Below are positions 12,413-26,789 of a DNA stretch of 64,000 bases, in pieces. The notes under the pieces are model-generated. The model saw only the letters and a program-made list of their open reading frames with translations, ran no database searches and was not told where the DNA came from. A program made the position numbers and the translations under genes. The first letter of the stretch is position 1, and each line of letters begins with the position of its first letter. Source of the stretch: the human T2T-CHM13v2.0 reference genome, Homo sapiens; the NCBI RefSeq assembly GCF_009914755.1, contig NC_060931.1; one strand, written 5' to 3'.

Positions 12413-12448
12413 CAAAGAACAGATGTACGGTTAAGTGAAATGCTGGAG
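12413..12448 (+). CDS. VPS50: VPS50 exon 8 (36 nt, [12 protein letters not shown])
   Basis: ttttttcAG acceptor, GAG|GTAAGT donor, phase 0-0; preceded by an 80-nt intron. Confidence 0.95.
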
Positions 12449-13605
12449 GTAAGTTAACAAGTTTTGGAAATTTAGGGTCCTACTGATATATAGAAACAGT
12501 AAAGCAGACAAAATTCAGAAGTGCATTTTTCTCAAATGGGTTTATGATATAAAGAATATTTTTAGACATGTAAGATTTTTAGACGTCAAAGATTCTTGCT
12601 CTGGAGCCTTTTTCTATTGACATGATATTACTTCATTTAGAAAAGCAAATGTATTTGGGAAAACATTTATCTTCTGATAACATTGGAATGTTAACTTGTT
12701 TGTATTGCGTCCAAATAGCAATAAAAATTAACATCTTTTTCATCTAACATATAGTAGTAATTTAAGGAATGTGTGATACTTTAGTTTTGTTCAGTATCAT
12801 GTATTAATTGCTTTTCTGAGTGAGCCATATGTTTTTTCTTTGATGCATTCTTAGCATTTTCTGTCTACTTCTGTCATAAGGTTCACCAAAGCATAATGTA
12901 ATATGTGTGTCTCCTCATAATACTTGAGCTCCTTGGGGTAGGTACTTTGTCATTATCAGCATCACCAGTGGTTTGAATTGCATCTGTTGAATTTAGAATT
13001 GAGCATAGGGAAAAGTTTTTGTGGTTTTCTGTATAATTGTTTTATTACTTCTCAACTATTACTGCTAACTAGGGTTTCAGAAACCCATATGAAAAATTCA
13101 TTGGGCATTAAATTACTGTTAGGTGATAAAAATACTCTGAGTTTATTAATTAGTGTTTTTTTTCTAAATTTATTTCTTTAGAACTATTTATTGATTTCTT
13201 GGTGGTAAATTGTTGACTATCAATTACAAATAGAATGCATACTATTTTGAAACATTTTATGTAGGCAGTACTGAAAGAAGATATGTTAACAGTTAAAGAA
13301 AACCTTTCCTGTGAAGCAGCTAATGATTTAATGTAGGATTTATCCATAAGTCATGGAAATGGTCTCAGGGGGCTGTTACTTTGAAGGAATAGAATATTTT
13401 AAATATTTCTTCTATGTATATATTTTAGGCCTGGAACTAGTTGCCTCTTATATTTTGTCACTTATCTATCATTGATATTCTAAGAGGAATTAAAGTTTTT
13501 TGATTCTGTAACTTTTGGTTAGAATATGAACAGAGATTTTTTTTTATCAGGGGCTTTAAGAAAAAATGTTTCTATTCCAATGACTCCTGTTGTTGTTACC
13601 TTAAG

Positions 13606-13688
13606 GAGGAAGATTATCCAGGAGCTATTCAGTTGTGCCTTGAATGTCAAAAAGCTGCCAGCACTTTTAAACATTACAGTTGTATAAG
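13606..13688 (+). CDS. VPS50: VPS50 exon 9 (83 nt, EEDYPGAIQ...HYSCI-S)
   Basis: accttaAG acceptor, AAG|GTAAGG donor, phase 0-2. Confidence 0.95.
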
Positions 13689-14706
13689 GTAAGGTCATGT
13701 AAATGTTTTAAAGCAGATTCTGTTGTCAGCTTCTTATGTAGCAGCTGTGTAAAAATGTTAATAAACATTGAAAATTAGTATAAAGTGTTGTGTTCTAGTT
13801 TAACATTCATATTTATATATGGGCAGTACAATAAAATTATAAATAATAGGCTTTAAGGTGTGAAACATCAGATACTTTTCATTCCTGCTTTTTCTTGTCA
13901 CCTCATTGAAACTCATTTTTCATATTTTTTCCAATCCAACTGATTCTATTTTTATAGAGTTGTAGACAAGAATAAATTATCTGTTCATATCTCCAATGCA
14001 TCTCTTGGGAATTCTTCCTTAACTTTGCCCAGCTTATAAATATTGAGGATATTATTGCAGCTTGTTTTGGAGATCCAGATGGTTCAAGTGTTTGGCTCAT
14101 CATGATAAAAAGTCTTTTGGAAAATTTAAGTATGGTTTCAATTTATATAATAATAATGTTTGTAATAGTTAAGTGATTATGTATTCAATGTGTTATGTCT
14201 TTTGTTTATTATTAAATATACAACAGAAAAATAGCCACTGCATATTTTGCTATTATCTCTAACTTTATTAATAGCATTTTGGTTTGCTTAAAATGAAGGA
14301 TTTGCATTGCTTGTGACAGTCTTGGGGAAGCTCTAATCCCTAGGTGTAATTTCCAACATTCCTCTAGAGCCATCACAAATAAATGTACAATCTAAGTAAA
14401 ATAGTGTGCTTGCCAAACAAATCTAGTTTCGAATTAAATTCATACCCATCCCAGATTGCATCCCCTTTGTCTCTCCTATATGGAAATTCTGGCATTCAGT
14501 GAGCATGACTCACTGTTGTTGTAGATGTTGATTGCTAGTACCTGAAAACTAAAAGAATTATAATAGAGCAAAACATTAATATAAGTTTGAATTAATTTTT
14601 AAAAAATTATCTCATATTACAAGTCTTTGCTGGTTATAGGCTAAGGGCTAGATATTTTCCTCCCAGAAATGCTGTTTAAGTCTCTATGGTTTTTTTTTTT
14701 CTTTAA

Positions 14707-14991
<285 letters not shown>

Positions 14992-15451
14992 TGAAGTTAA
15001 CACATTTTTTATTTGGTTAGGATATAAATTGAGTAGTACCAGTGATACTTTCATTTTGTCCATTTTGAGAGTGATTAACTGTCATTAGTAGAAACTTGAC
15101 GATGTCATTTACACTTATTAGGTTAAATAAATAGAGAATTAGTTTTAGTGTGTTGAATGTATTTAGAGATTTCCAACAAGCCATTCTGGGTCCTGAAAAA
15201 GCAAATCCATTTGAACCAAAGCATCCATTTAGTTCATTTTGTAGTGATAAATCTGTTATATAGTAACAGCTTATTGGGTGAAAATAATTCAGGCAGTTTA
15301 CAGAGTGTTTATGCCAGGTACTTTGCTTTGAAATTGTCAGTATGGTGATAAACCACATACAGTGTAATCAGTATAATCCTTGGTTTCATAAAGAACATAA
15401 TCTATCAAGAAGGACTTATATTAAAGTAGGCACCCATAAAATTAGGCTGTA

Positions 15452-15759
<308 letters not shown>

Positions 15760-17829
15760 TTAGGCTGTAGAGAGAAGGAAGTTGTGCATACAGTGGAAGC
15801 ATTCGGATCTAACTCTCCTTCCGGGATCAAGACTAAGGAGGACCTGAACGAGGAGCAGGAAGACTTGAGGTAGGCCAGGATATGAGAGTTGTGAATAGGA
15901 AACTGTCTACACCAGAAATGAAATCTTTGTTGCGGAGTTACCAAGCAAAATGAAGACTGAAAATATGTATCTATTGGATTTATAGCAACAAAGAAGTCAT
16001 AGTTGACCTTTTGGGGACAGATTTGGTGGGAGTTGGTTGAACTATCAAGTGTAAGGTGAGGAAATTTTGTGATGAGGACAGATGCAGAATTAAGAAGAGG
16101 AAACCTCAATATTGGAAAATTGGTAGGAGAGAGTGAGAAGCTGAAAATAAAATAGCATAATAATATACTAAGGCTTTGCAGGGATTATAGCAGAGATTGA
16201 CTTTGAAAAGGTCACTGTCTGTTATAATAGGAAAGAATGAGCGTGGAATTTGGTGGCAGGAAATTGAGGGAGCAGGTGATGTGTTGAAACTTTTATATAA
16301 TTAAAAATCTATTTTAGCTATGCTAAAGTAAATGTCTTACATGATGAGTGTTAACTGTAAAAAATGTCTTTGAAAGAAATTCTTATTTGGGCTTTTAAAA
16401 ATTGATATCAAGTGGCTTCTCAGCACTTTTTAAATTAATGGATATACTGATATGTGGAGGAGGTGTGGCTACAGTTATCGAATGAGGTTAAAAGGTTGAA
16501 ATGGAAAAGATTTAAATTAATAGTTATTTTAGGTAATACAGTGTATAAGAAGCATGCTATGTTTAGATATGTGAGTCATGCATGTGATAATAAGAAGAAT
16601 TGGTCTTATTCTCTGCAAATAGGTAAAAGTACATCACACATACATTCAGATATCCCAAGAAATTCTTTGTAATGGGGTTTTACTTTAGGTATCTTAGGAA
16701 AACTTAGATAAAGTTGTGTTTTTAACTTGGTGATTTAGTGACAGTGTCAGGGTGACTCAGAGAGCAGGGCTATCAGTTGGAGCTGTCTGGTGGTGATGAT
16801 AGCCCCTCCGCTAGCATTTCTTCTCCACCCCATACCAGCACAGTATCCTTTGCCAGCCACCATTCACCTGCCTAACACCATTCCCTCTTTCACTTCACCT
16901 GTTGTTTCACTCTTTTGTTTATATGGGAGAACATAATAAGTTTGTTCACTTCTTTTGTAGATGATATAATGTGGGATATAAGGATAGAGTTAGTTGACAT
17001 GTGGGTCACGTTGAGTCCACAAAGATAAAAGACATTGTTATTCTAACATTCTTTTATTTTTGTCTTTATAAATTAGATACACCTCTTTTTTTTTGTTTTT
17101 TTTTCTGTGCGTTTTTCTTTCTTTTGCTCTGTTTCCTCTGGTCTTCCCAGTACAGTGTTGCACCTGTTCTTGAGCTCTCTAGTTGGGCCTACTCATACAG
17201 GATTCATCCACACTTTTAAAATGTATTTAATTGACTTGGGCTTGTGGAACTTAGCCGAAGGCAAGATTTAATCTTTGCTTGGACATGAGTGAATTAGAGT
17301 GAATAAGCATTTTACATTCTAGTAATCTTAGGAGCAGTAATTAACTTCCAACTGAATTTATATATTCTCAATTTTAAAAACATTTATATCTATTCTAATT
17401 CTTGTTGATAACTAGAGAATCATAAATGTTTTCCTTTTAGAAATGATTTTTGAGAGAATCACCCCATGATATAGAATATTTCTGAATTCTGATGTGATTT
17501 TTAAAAAATATTTTAAGCAAGTTTATATGCACAGTATACCTACTTGTCTACTTGTTAATTTTTTCTTGGCAGATTATGTGTTCCTCTTTTCTTTCCTAGT
17601 CACATCACTCCTTTATTGGAAATAAGGTTTTTGTTTTTGGTAGAGTGCAAACTCTCTAAGGAGAGTTACTTGGAATAGCTGAGATGGAAAAACTTAGGAC
17701 TGACTCTTATGATTCTGAAAATAGGAAAAACAATTTACATATTTGCTTCTGCATAAAGAAATACTGACTCTATATCTTGTAAGTCTCAGATTATATGACT
17801 AGGTAGTTTAATACATGAAATGCCAAGTA

Positions 17830-18175
17830 TAATCGGCTCTCTGTATCCATGTGTTCTGTGTCTCTGGATTCAACCAGCTGAAAATGGAAAATATTTGGAA
17901 AGAAAAAACAGCAACAAAAATAACAATACAACACAAAAATCACAATGCAATCATAAAAATAATAAAAATAAAAAATAATACAATATAACTGTTTACATAC
18001 ATTTGCATTGTATTAGACATTATAAGTAATCAAGATGATTTAAAGTATAAGGAGGATGCGGATAGGTTATATGCAAGTACTGTGCCATTTTATATAAAGA
18101 ACTTGAGTATCCGTGGATTTTGATGTCTATGGAGGGTCTCAGAATAATCCCCCACATAGACTGAGGAATGATTAT
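17830..18175. mobile_element. MER2-like TcMar-Tigger MITE
   Basis: tttaaagtataaggaggatgcgataggttatatgcaagtactgtgccattttatat and gtatccgtggattttg match the recalled MER2 consensus. Confidence 0.75.
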
Positions 18176-19316
18176 CATATAATGATGCACCCAGTTGGTT
18201 GAAAAATGAAACAGAAGTGGCACTTCCTCTGCACCTGTCTTCCTTAAGATGTGCCATGTTTCAGCATCTTTAATAAAAGATACAGTAATCCCAGTTTTGT
18301 TCACTTTTATAACTGAGAGAACATTTTTACATTGTTTGATATTTCCTGAGTTGATTGACAGAGAGTCATATAGTTGGGATTTATTGAGAATAAGAATCAG
18401 AATGTGTTTATGCTAAAGTGCATCTATGAATGAAGTACTTAATTTCTTTTTCACTTGAAATTTGTCTCAATTTGTTTCAAGGAAAGTTAATTTTAAAAGT
18501 CAAAACTGCTTTATTATTGTATTTCATTTGAAAGAAACTACTTGAGGGAGCCTGATAGCTTTTGTATTATGCACTGTAAGGTTTGCATACTGCTGAACTA
18601 GTTTCTTGAGTACTGTACTTTAACATAAACAGATGCATTAAATGTCTCATAATCTTTCAAGAATTCCTTCATTTTTTCTCAGAATATGATCTTGGTAGTT
18701 TAGTGAAAATTGTAGGTTGTAGAATGTCTTTACGTCATATGGCAAATGAACACAGCTGACAAATATAGCAATACTGGGAACTTTTCTTCCCCTATTGCAT
18801 TAATTTCTTTATAGCAAGGTGTGCCTGCTTTCTTCCTCTAAGGTCAGGGACATAAGGAGCCCTGCCTTGAGTAATGTTTGAACATTGATTGTTTCTGCTA
18901 GGTTGCCAGGCCTTCTAGCTTGATCCATTGTCTAGATCCTGAGTGCTTGTTGGTTGGTCAGCTTGGACCAAGTTTTGATAACACCTGCACTCCTCATCTT
19001 CTATTTTAACTTGTTTTTCTCTGCCTCCCTCTGCCATGCTGTGCTGTTTTAAATAATGTAAAATAATAGTTTCACATGACAAAAATCCTAATAAACAAGA
19101 GGGTTTTAAATAAAAAGCAAACAGTTTTCTTTCTGCCCCATTCACCCGTCACTTTCCTAATCCCTGGAGTAAACCACTTTTACAGCTTACTAATTTTTTA
19201 AAAATAATTAAAAAATATATACATAATATATATATACAGACACATATACACACATATATCTCTTTCCTGTTTTAACTTTTATCAGTTCACCAACTAAAAG
19301 TTCTGCTGAACTCTAG

Positions 19317-19530
19317 CATGGGCTTGGCAAACTGTCTTTAAAAGGCCCGATAGTAAATATTTTAGGTTTTACATGCCATACGTCTCTGTTGCAACTATTC
19401 AACTCTGCCTTTGTAGTCTGAAAGTAGCTGTAGACAAAAAGTAAACAAACGGTTGTGGCTATGTTCTACTGAAACTTTATTTAGAAACACAGACTGCCAG
19501 CTGGATTTGGCCTGTGGGTTCCGATCTGTG
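19317..19530. mobile_element. MER58A-like hAT MITE
   Basis: ggcccgatagtaaatattttaggttt...tctctgttgcaactattcaactctgcc...ctggatttggcctgtggg. Confidence 0.8.
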
Positions 19531-19531
19531 A

Positions 19532-19922
<391 letters not shown>

Positions 19923-20319
19923 AAGGTCAGGGATTTATTAACAGAGTTAAGTGAAGTTAAGTGAAGACAGACATCTAGTTAGATCCAAAGTGATCTTAGG
20001 AATTCTGTTATAGCCTGGTTATATATGGTTTGAAGGATCACATAGACACTTCATGGTACTTAAGAGTTGTTGGTTTAACTTTAGAATGTTGAAAAATCAG
20101 TTTCTCTGAGGTCTGCTGATAAATTCTCTGCTTCCTGTAAGTAGATTGAAAACCACTGGAATAGGCTCTGATTTAAACAGACTGGAACGTCAGTGTCTTA
20201 GGGCCATGGAGATACAGTATAAACTTGGAAGTACATTTACTTAAGCTCATTCTAAAAGTTTTATAACTTTACTGAACCATGTACAAATTGGGCAATTGAG
20301 TAACTCGTCTTCAGCATAT

Positions 20320-20480
20320 AATAGAATCATGAAACATTAGAGCTGGAAGCAACCCTTTCTATCTGGCCCACCTTTATGTAGGAAACTGATGCCCAGAGAT
20401 ATTAAAGGACTTGACTTAAATCATATGGTTCATTAATAACAGACCAGGGAAAGATCATTAAGATATTATCGCTGTGCCAT
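20320..20480. mobile_element. MIR fragment
   Basis: agagctggaagc...ggaaactgatgcccagagatattaaaggacttgacttaaatcat resembles the MIR core. Confidence 0.55.
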
Positions 20481-22378
20481 CTTGTCTTTTTGTATAGTCA
20501 GATTTGTTCAAAATCTTTATTTCTATGCAACCTTTCTAGGACTCATTCTTGTGAGTGTATGTGTGTCCTAGATTAGTTGTTTAAAGAACACTATTAATTG
20601 GTTCTTTATGGATAATTTATTCCTAATATTTCCTGTAGTGATGGTAAAAACCCTTTGCAGAATTGTTTGATTCGTTCCATTCAGCTTGCAGACCACTTTT
20701 AAAGGCTTTTAGCCTTCCATCTTAGAACTGGTAATTTCTTGACCATAATGTTGCATTTATTTATCAAAGTGTTTATGAATAGATCCTTTTAACATACTTT
20801 AATTAATTGATCAAAATGGATTGAATTCATGTTTCTAAATGATGGCTAAGAGCTTCTTTAAAAGCTGTACAGTTAATGTCCACTATTTAATCACATAACT
20901 TTTATATATGTATTTTTAATTAGTAGTAAATTGTTGTCAAATTGCAGTTGTACATTTTGAAAGCATTTTTAATGAAAGCCAATTTTTGATTTATAGATTT
21001 TTATGTTTGTAGTCTTCCATATGCTGTTTACCTTACCACATTTGCATTAAATCTTAATAAATGGGATATAGAATTACTTACCTTTAATAACAGCCATAAA
21101 AACATCTAGGTTTATTATAATTTCATAAACCAACACTAAAGCCCATTTGTTTTGATAGAGAAGCTGAAGAAATCGTTGCTTTCACTTGTGAATGAATTCA
21201 GATATATTTCTTTTTCCTCCAGACTCAAAATATTCCCTAAAGGAAAATGTTTATCAGTTCTGAATTACTCATTATTCCACTTGTCCTTGCCTCTCTGCTT
21301 CTGTTACTCTAGGATCAGCCTTGGGTGAAATTTTGAACTCCATATGATAGAGGAACTGTCTTTAACTCTTACTCATCTCTCTTTTCTTGCTAAGGCTCCT
21401 GCAGACCAGAGTTCAGTGTGGTTCTTCTAAAACATTCTCTTCCCTTTCCTGCTGTCTCTGTAGTTTTATTTATTGAGGTAGAGAATAGGGGCTAATGGAA
21501 TGATGGCAAAATTTTACCATTTTTCTTTCAATTACAAATTTGACTTAGAATATTTATTACCTGCTCTGAGTTAGGTAGTAAATTTAGTTCTGGGGAGTCA
21601 CTGGTGAGTAAGCCACAGTGCCTTAAACACTTGTGCCTTGGAGACACAGCCACAGGTATTCCTTACTGTAGTACAGGAATTCGTAAACAGAGTATTATGA
21701 AGGTTGTGGGGGTAGTTACTTAGCAGGGAAGGACTTCCCAGAGAATATGGTATTCGAATTAAGCCTGGAAAGATAGATGGATGTTTGTGAGTGAGAAAGG
21801 AAGAAAGGATATTCAAGTTATTGTGAGCACTATGTACAAGAACTGAGGGTGTGAAAGTCTGGAGTTTGGTTCAGGTGCTGTGCACAGTACGTATGTCTAA
21901 AATATAGGCATTAAGAAGTCTATGTGAAGTTATTTTTTTCATGTCAGATTGTTAAAGGTCTTACATGCCATACTAATTTGGGGCTTTTCTCGTTAGTTTA
22001 ATAGGGAGCCACCAAAAGATTTAAAGCAGGAGATTAATGTGGTTTTATTTTTGCTTTACTTAAGAGCTGCGCTCAGATGTCTTTAGGGACCAGGCAGGTC
22101 ATATAAATGTGAGGCTGCCAGATGTAAGACCATAGGAAATGGTAGAGCCCACAGGACTAGATAGCACTTGCCTTGCATAAAGCCTTTTGACAACACTGTG
22201 TCTGCCAAATCATATAGAATATTGACCAAATCCAATGTGAAGTTAGACCCCTGCTCAGAGCTGTTTCTGACAGCTTTTTGAAGGATGTTGTACAATGTTT
22301 GGTTGATGGTGTTTGTCAAATAAATGGATAGATTGATTAAAATAGGTGTGTTACATATGCAGATTCATTAGGAAGCTA

Positions 22379-22918
22379 TTTTTTTTTTCATTATTTTAAG
22401 TTCCGGGTACATGTGCAGGATGTGCATGTCTGTTACATAGGTAAATGTGTGCCATGGTGGTTTGCTGCACCTATCAACCTATCACCTAGGTATTAAATCT
22501 GGCATGCATTAGCTATTTTTCCTGATGCTCTTCTTCCCACCCATCCCCTGATAGGCCCCACTGTGTTGTTCCCCTCCCTGTGTCCATGTGTTCTCATTGT
22601 TCATCTCCCACTTATAAGTTAGAACATGTGGTGTTTGGTTTTCTATTCCTGTATTAGTTTGCTGGAGATAATGGCTTCCAGCTTCATCCATGTCCCTGCA
22701 AAGGACATGATCTCATTCCTTTTTATGACTGCATAGTATCCAATGGTGTATATGTACCACATTTTATTTATCCAGTCTGTCATTGATGGGCATTTGGGTT
22801 GACTCCATTTCTTTGCTATTCACATGTCTTTGCTATTCACATGTCTTTGTTATCGTGAATAGTGCTGCAGTGAGCATACACGTGCATGTATCTTTATAAC
22901 AGAATGATTTATATTCCC
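22379..22918 (-). mobile_element. L1PA 3' end (older, L1PA8-13-like)
   Basis: poly-T then ttttaagttccgggtacatgtgcagga...gccatggtggtttgctgcacc...ttcatccatgtccctgcaaaggacatga. Confidence 0.9.
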
Positions 22919-24229
22919 TAAGCAAAAGGTGATAATGCTTGAATTAGGACATAGAATTGAGAAAAGATAATCACAGGTGGATATGGGAAATACTGAAATG
23001 AAATGGTAGAATCATCAGGATTTGATTACTAATTACATATAGAGAGGGAAGAATGCAAGATGACGCTGAGATTTTCAGCTTTATTTGAGTAGGTGGTGAT
23101 GCTGTGAATTGAGACAGAGAACATGGGAGAAGGAACAGCTCTGAGGGAGAGAAGATACTGATTTGTTTTGTTTTGCTTTTCTTGTGGTTGGGTGAGGATT
23201 TATTTAATTATTTGAAAGTGTTAAGATACTGCCATAGCTATCCTTTTGGGGGAATTATTTTGGGGACAATAGTTTTCATTCTTCATTCACTTATTTATCC
23301 ATTCATTATTTTTTTGGCAGGAGTTGTCCTAGAATTATTTTTTTAAGGAAATTTCAGTCCTACCTGCAAGTATTCCCTTAATCTATGTCTGATATTTCAG
23401 GCACAAATCCTGGTTAGAGATCTTAATTTTTCTAATAAGGTATCAGTCCTACACTGTTAATTGTCAAAGGATATAGTTTTGCTCACTTCCAGTTTTTACT
23501 AGAGAATATACTCTCCAGTCCTCAACTTCAGTTCAAAGTATGCTTATGATAAATACTATTTGCAGAAAATGATCTAATTCCTCTAGATGTTTGGACATTT
23601 ATCATTGAGAGCATCAAAAACTGTGTGCTTGTATTACATTGGTTTTACTTTTCTGACAGATTGCTATCTATGTCTATCTATATCTCACTCTGGTATTATC
23701 TCTGTAGCTTGCCTTGAAAGGCTCTATAAGAAGCAAATGCAAGGAACCCATTATTGTATGTATTGTAAGGATATTGTCAGGGGGTTGTGCCTTTGGAGAT
23801 CAAGACACTGGCAAAATTTTCTCTCAGAACTTAATGCAAACAAAAGTGATTTTTTATATTTTTGTTTTGATTTATTTTTCCCCTTTGAGCTACTGGTATG
23901 TTCTTCTGTTATAGACACTGGATTAAGTACTATGGCCCTCCCTATTTGCTTTGGCTGCTAGGAATTTGAGAGTCAAGTTTATTATCAGTAGATAGCAATT
24001 TTAAAAACCTTTGATTTTGGTGTGCTAAACGTCTTTCACTTGTTTGTACTATTTTAAGAACAATGAGGTTTTATTCTTTCTTGTTAAAATATGTTCTCTG
24101 TGATTGCATTTATTTTGTTAGACATCACATCCTTTTTAGTAGTGAGATAAAATTCAAATAATGTTAGTTCTATTGATTTTTTTTTTTTACTGACCTCGTA
24201 AGAATTAAAGGGGGAAAAATCTAGATTCA

Positions 24230-24890
24230 ATCACGTGTCCTAAGTGTATGAGTATAACTCAGTAAGCTTTTATAAAGTAAACATAGTTATGTAATTACCA
24301 CCTAGAAGTAGAAACAGAGTATTTCTGACACCCCACAAACTTCTCGCATGTCTCATCCCAGTCATTCTTCTAAGGTAAGCGCTGTTCTGGCTTCTGTCAC
24401 CAAAATTAGTTTTGCTTGTTTAGAACTTTAAATAAATGGAAGCATACAGTATATACTATTTTTTACTGACTTCTTTTGCCAAACATATTTTTGTGGTTCA
24501 CATAAATTTTAATTGCTATAGGATTTTATTTTATGAATGTATCACATTTTGCTTATCTAATTATTCTAGACAATTGTGTTGCCTCAGGTTTTTGCCTATT
24601 AAAAATAATGCTGCAAGGATTCTGTGTGCTTTTCTGTTCAGTATGTATCCAGGACTAGACCTGCTGGGAGGTAGAGTGTGTGTTGTTTCAGTAGATATTA
24701 GGGTTTTCCAAGAGGTTATATCAGTTTCCCCTTCCTCTAGCATCAGATGAGTGGTTCTGTTTGCTCAACGTCCTTGCCAACATTTGGTGGTGTCATTTTT
24801 AATTTTTTAAAAATATTTTTAGCCATTTTTTTCATTCGTTACAGTGTTTTTATAGTATTAATTTGCATTTCCTGAATGACCAATACACTT
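24230..24890 (-). mobile_element. Old L1M(E) 3' fragment
   Basis: ttagttttgcttgttttagaactttaaataaatggaagcatacagtat...tccttgccaacatttggt...atttgcatttcctgaatgac. Confidence 0.65.
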
Positions 24891-25275
24891 GGGACAGATA
24901 GAGTAAAAATAAAGGGCAAAAGTCTTCAGATCACTGAGAAAGAGGATATTCAATTGGCTGTTAAACACACAAACATTGTTTATATAGACACACTGTTTAT
25001 GTAAAAGTTACCAATTTTAATTCTTCAGTTTTTTTATTTTTATCTGTAGATTCTTTCTTTCTACTCACGCAATCCTGTTGCTGCTGCTAATGACTCTTAT
25101 TCCCTTCTAATACTTTTTCTTATTGCATTGTCTATATGTAGAATTCAGCAGCATGTCTTACGATCTATACTCTTAATCTTTGAATTTATGGATTAATTAT
25201 TCAGTTAGTATGTATTTATTTAGCACTTAGTTTGTCTCAGAAATAGAAAAAAACTGTTTTTTTTTTTTTTAATAG

Positions 25276-25318
25276 TGAACTGAATTCAAAGCTGCAAGAT
25301 ACTTTGGAACAGATTGAG
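25276..25318 (+). CDS. VPS50: VPS50 exon 10 (43 nt, ELNSKLQDTLEQIE)
   Basis: T14-aatAG acceptor, GAG|GTAAGA donor, phase 2-0. Confidence 0.95.
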
Positions 25319-26690
25319 GTAAGAAGTATTATATCCTAACCTTAATGAGTTTTTCTTTTCAGAAGTTTTTGAATAGCCTAGGTGCAACATTGTGTTTTGG
25401 CTTTTATGTTATTACCAATGTCTCTAGATCACTGTATTTCTTGATTTTCATTTGGAATATCTATTTATGGTCAAGTTAGTGTAAAAATTTACTTGTAAAT
25501 TATGGGATCTCAAAACAGCATTTGAAAATATTGCCATTTCCAAGAAAAATTTCCAAACTATTAGTCATAGGTGTGTTCTCATATAAATTATATAATAGCC
25601 AAAATACTTTCTATGTATTAATTATATTTTAATTATCAGTTACTTTATTGTTTAGTATAGTGAGTTAATTTACCTGTAAGTAATTATTGGCTGATGAAAA
25701 CCCTCCAAAATTCCTAAACCTCATAATGATACTCACATAGTTCATCAAAAACGTAGAAACTAAAAAGGAAGAGATATGTAATTGTGAGCATGAAGCATGT
25801 TTTGCCTGTTACATATATTCAAAATTCATCTCTTTCCTTGACAATCTTTGCAAAGGAGGGTATTCATTTTAATAAATAAGAATTATTTGTATTTGGTTTC
25901 TTCTAGTCTTTTATTGTTTTCCTGATAAGAGTATTTATAAAAGTTGAGATTGGACTTTCAAATTACCTTTTGAGAAAGTAATTTTTGACCACAAATGCAA
26001 TTATTTGCTATTAAATAATTGTGAGAATGACAGTTTATTTGATAGTCACAGAAACAACTGCTTTGAGTGGCTTAAGTTAACAATTCCCTGAATATTTTAA
26101 TGAAGGCTTTCTTTTGAGAGCCCAGGATTTCTTCACTTTTAATAGATATTATTCTGTATTTATATTAAAAACTCTTATTTCAAAGTAAAATCATTGAAAA
26201 AGAAATCCATAAAGCATGGTAATTTAGATAAAAGAGCTTAAACCTTGAGGAATATACTTTTAAATTCAATGTAGTTTTGTTGAGAATTCCTTTTCGTTGA
26301 TTGGAGAAAGATTGTTTTATTGTTCTCCAGTAGTCCCACAAATTCAGTTTATATAAGATTTTAGCAGATGCTTGAGGAAACATTAAGTAGTAGTAAGAGT
26401 AAGATTCATTACAAAACTATTATTTTGTTTCCTGTAAAACACTAGGCATGGGTTTTAAGGCATAGAAATTCACATGTTAATATCTTGGTAAACTTGATTA
26501 TAGTTGCTAATAAATTTACAATTGCAATTTATAACTTTATTTAAATTTGTTTTTGACTTCTAAATCTGGTATGATAGTAAATGTATTTAAATGTTAACTA
26601 AAAGTGAGAAATTAGTCTTAATGTTTTCTTCTCATTGCCTTGAAAACATAATTCCTTAACCATGTCTTGCTTCTTCTTTTAATTATATAG

Positions 26691-26789
26691 GAACAGCTGG
26701 ACGTAGCTCTTTCCAAAATCTGCAAGAATTTTGACATTAACCATTATACCAAGGTTCAACAAGCTTATCGACTTCTTGGAAAAACACAG
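26691..26789 (+). CDS. VPS50: VPS50 exon 11 (99 nt, EQLDVALSK...LLGKTQ)
   Basis: tatatAG acceptor, CAG|GTTTGT donor, phase 0-0. Confidence 0.95.

Noticed and set aside
14015-14023. TTCCTTAAC U12 branch motif (also 58612-58620)
   Set aside because: No associated exon or U12 donor; treated as chance background
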